Shown here: one piece after another, positions 62,918-64,000 of the stretch | Layout of the letters: each line of letters starts with the position of its first letter | Position numbering within the stretch: the first letter of the stretch is position 1 | Program-made: the position numbers and the translations under genes | The notes under the pieces: generated by a model | Database searches by the model: none | Told to the model about the DNA's origin: nothing | The model's input: the letters and a program-made list of their open reading frames with translations, nothing else | NCBI GenBank assembly: GCA_965240325.2 | Contig: OZ251235.1 | Location: 1,798,001-1,862,000, forward strand | Length of the DNA: 64,000 nucleotides | Direction of reading: 5' to 3' | Source of the DNA: Rebecca billardiae RCC1528 | Lineage: Eukaryota > Protista > Haptophyta

Positions 62918-64000
62918 ATGCCCGGCGCCGACGCCGATGCGGTGGCGCGCCTGCGCGAGCGAGTGGACGCGGGCGATGTGGACGCCTGCTTCGAGCTGGG
63001 GGTACACCACGTCGATGCGGTCGCTGAGCCCGCGGACCTCGCCCAGGGCGCGGTCCTCCTGCGCGCGGCCGCGGAGAACGGGCATGTGGGCGCGCAGGTG
63101 CGGCTCGGCGAGTGCCTCGAGCTCGGCCGGGGCGTGAACCAGGATTGCGAGGAGGCGGCGCGCTGGTACCTGCGCGCCGCGAAGCACGGCCACGCGCCGG
63201 CGCAGCACGCCGTCGGACTCCTCTTCCAGGCGGGGAAAGGCGTCGAGCCGTCGGCGGCCAAGGCCGCGCGCTATTTCCGCGCGGCCGCGGACAAAGGGCA
63301 CTCCGACGCGTGCTGCCGGCTGGCGCGGCTGTACGAGCTGGGCCTCGGGGTCGAGCGGGATCTGAGCGAATCGCTCTACTGGGACCGCCGCGCGGCCGGC
63401 GAGCCTGGCCTCGGGCCGCCGCGCAAGCCAGCACCGCTCAGCCCGGCTTCGAGCGGTCTCTCGCGCCGCGGCTCGGCGCAATCGCCGAGCGGTCTGTCGC
63501 GCGGCGGCTCGGCGCACGATGGCGCGCCCAGACCCGCTGCCGCCGCGGCGGGCGGCGCCAAGCCCGTGCCGCGCCGCCCCTTGTCCGAGCCGCGCAGCCC
63601 AAACGCCCCGCCCGAGCCGCGCAGCCCCAACTCGCTGCGCGCCGCAGCAGAGGCGGGCGATGCTGACGCCATGTTCGCTCTGGGGACGATGCTGCAGGAG
63701 GGCGCGCCGCTGCCGGCGGACGAGCGCGCCGCCGCGGAGCTGTACACGCGCGCGGCGGCGCTCGGCCACGCGCGCGCCCTGTACAACCTCGGCGTGCTGC
63801 ACAACACGGGCGCGGGCGTCGAGGCGTCGCACGCCAAGGCCGTCCGGTGCTTCCGCGGCGCGGCGGAGGCCGGGCTGGCGGAGGCGCAGCACGCGCTCGC
63901 GCTGTGCTACGACGTGGGGCGCGGGGTGGAGCAGGACGACGCGGAGACGGTGCGCTGGCTCCTCGCGGCCGCGCAGCAGGGGCTGCCCCTCGCCGAGCTG
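62918..64000 (+). CDS. Sel1-like repeat protein, 5' part (runs off the window)
   Basis: ATG at 62918: MPGADADAVARL...AAENGHVGAQVRLGECLELGRGVNQDCEEAARWYLRAAKHGHAPAQ... No stop before the window end. Confidence 0.88.
   Translation, partial: MPGADADAVARLRERVDAGDVDACFELGVHHVDAVAEPADLAQGAVLLRAAAENGHVGAQVRLGECLELGRGVNQDCEEAARWYLRAAKHGHAPAQHAVGLLFQAGKGVEPSAAKAARYFRAAADKGHSDACCRLARLYELGLGVERDLSESLYWDRRAAGEPGLGPPRKPAPLSPASSGLSRRGSAQSPSGLSRGGSAHDGAPRPAAAAAGGAKPVPRRPLSEPRSPNAPPEPRSPNSLRAAAEAGDADAMFALGTMLQEGAPLPADERAAAELYTRAAALGHARALYNLGVLHNTGAGVEASHAKAVRCFRGAAEAGLAEAQHALALCYDVGRGVEQDDAETVRWLLAAAQQGLPLAEL

Overview
Very GC-rich eukaryotic nuclear DNA with compact genes, short GC-rich GT-AG introns, one GC-AG intron and TTAGGG repeats. 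This style fits a haptophyte alga, possibly Pavlovales (inference). About 18 protein-coding genes are supported: three Sel1-repeat proteins (two are tandem paralogues, one complete with a MYND finger), an ER-type FKBP, a CAP-LIM-LIM protein, an RCC1/IPT protein, a STOP1/ATMIN-like zinc finger, a UbiA prenyltransferase, a sulfotransferase, a NALCN-like four-domain channel, an RTX-repeat secreted protein, a SNF2 helicase, an alpha/beta hydrolase, a small membrane protein, a METTL24-like methyltransferase, a putative glycosyltransferase-like protein, a polyQ coiled-coil protein, MePCE/Bin3, a giant extensin/GCTD-repeat membrane protein and an RS/G-patch protein. Both ends of the gene-dense block carry nests of non-autonomous DNA transposons: ~1.1 kb foldback elements (P/Galileo-like with 7-bp TSDs, plus one with a 5-bp TSD), a Tc1/mariner-type MITE and two hAT-type MITEs. 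Highlights: two box C/D snoRNAs (9160-9379, minus strand) with recognisable rRNA guides; concerted evolution of foldback arms; a NALCN-like channel with a V-G-K-E filter; telomere repeats inside an intron between duplicated host sequence. All calls were made by eye; no database searches were run.
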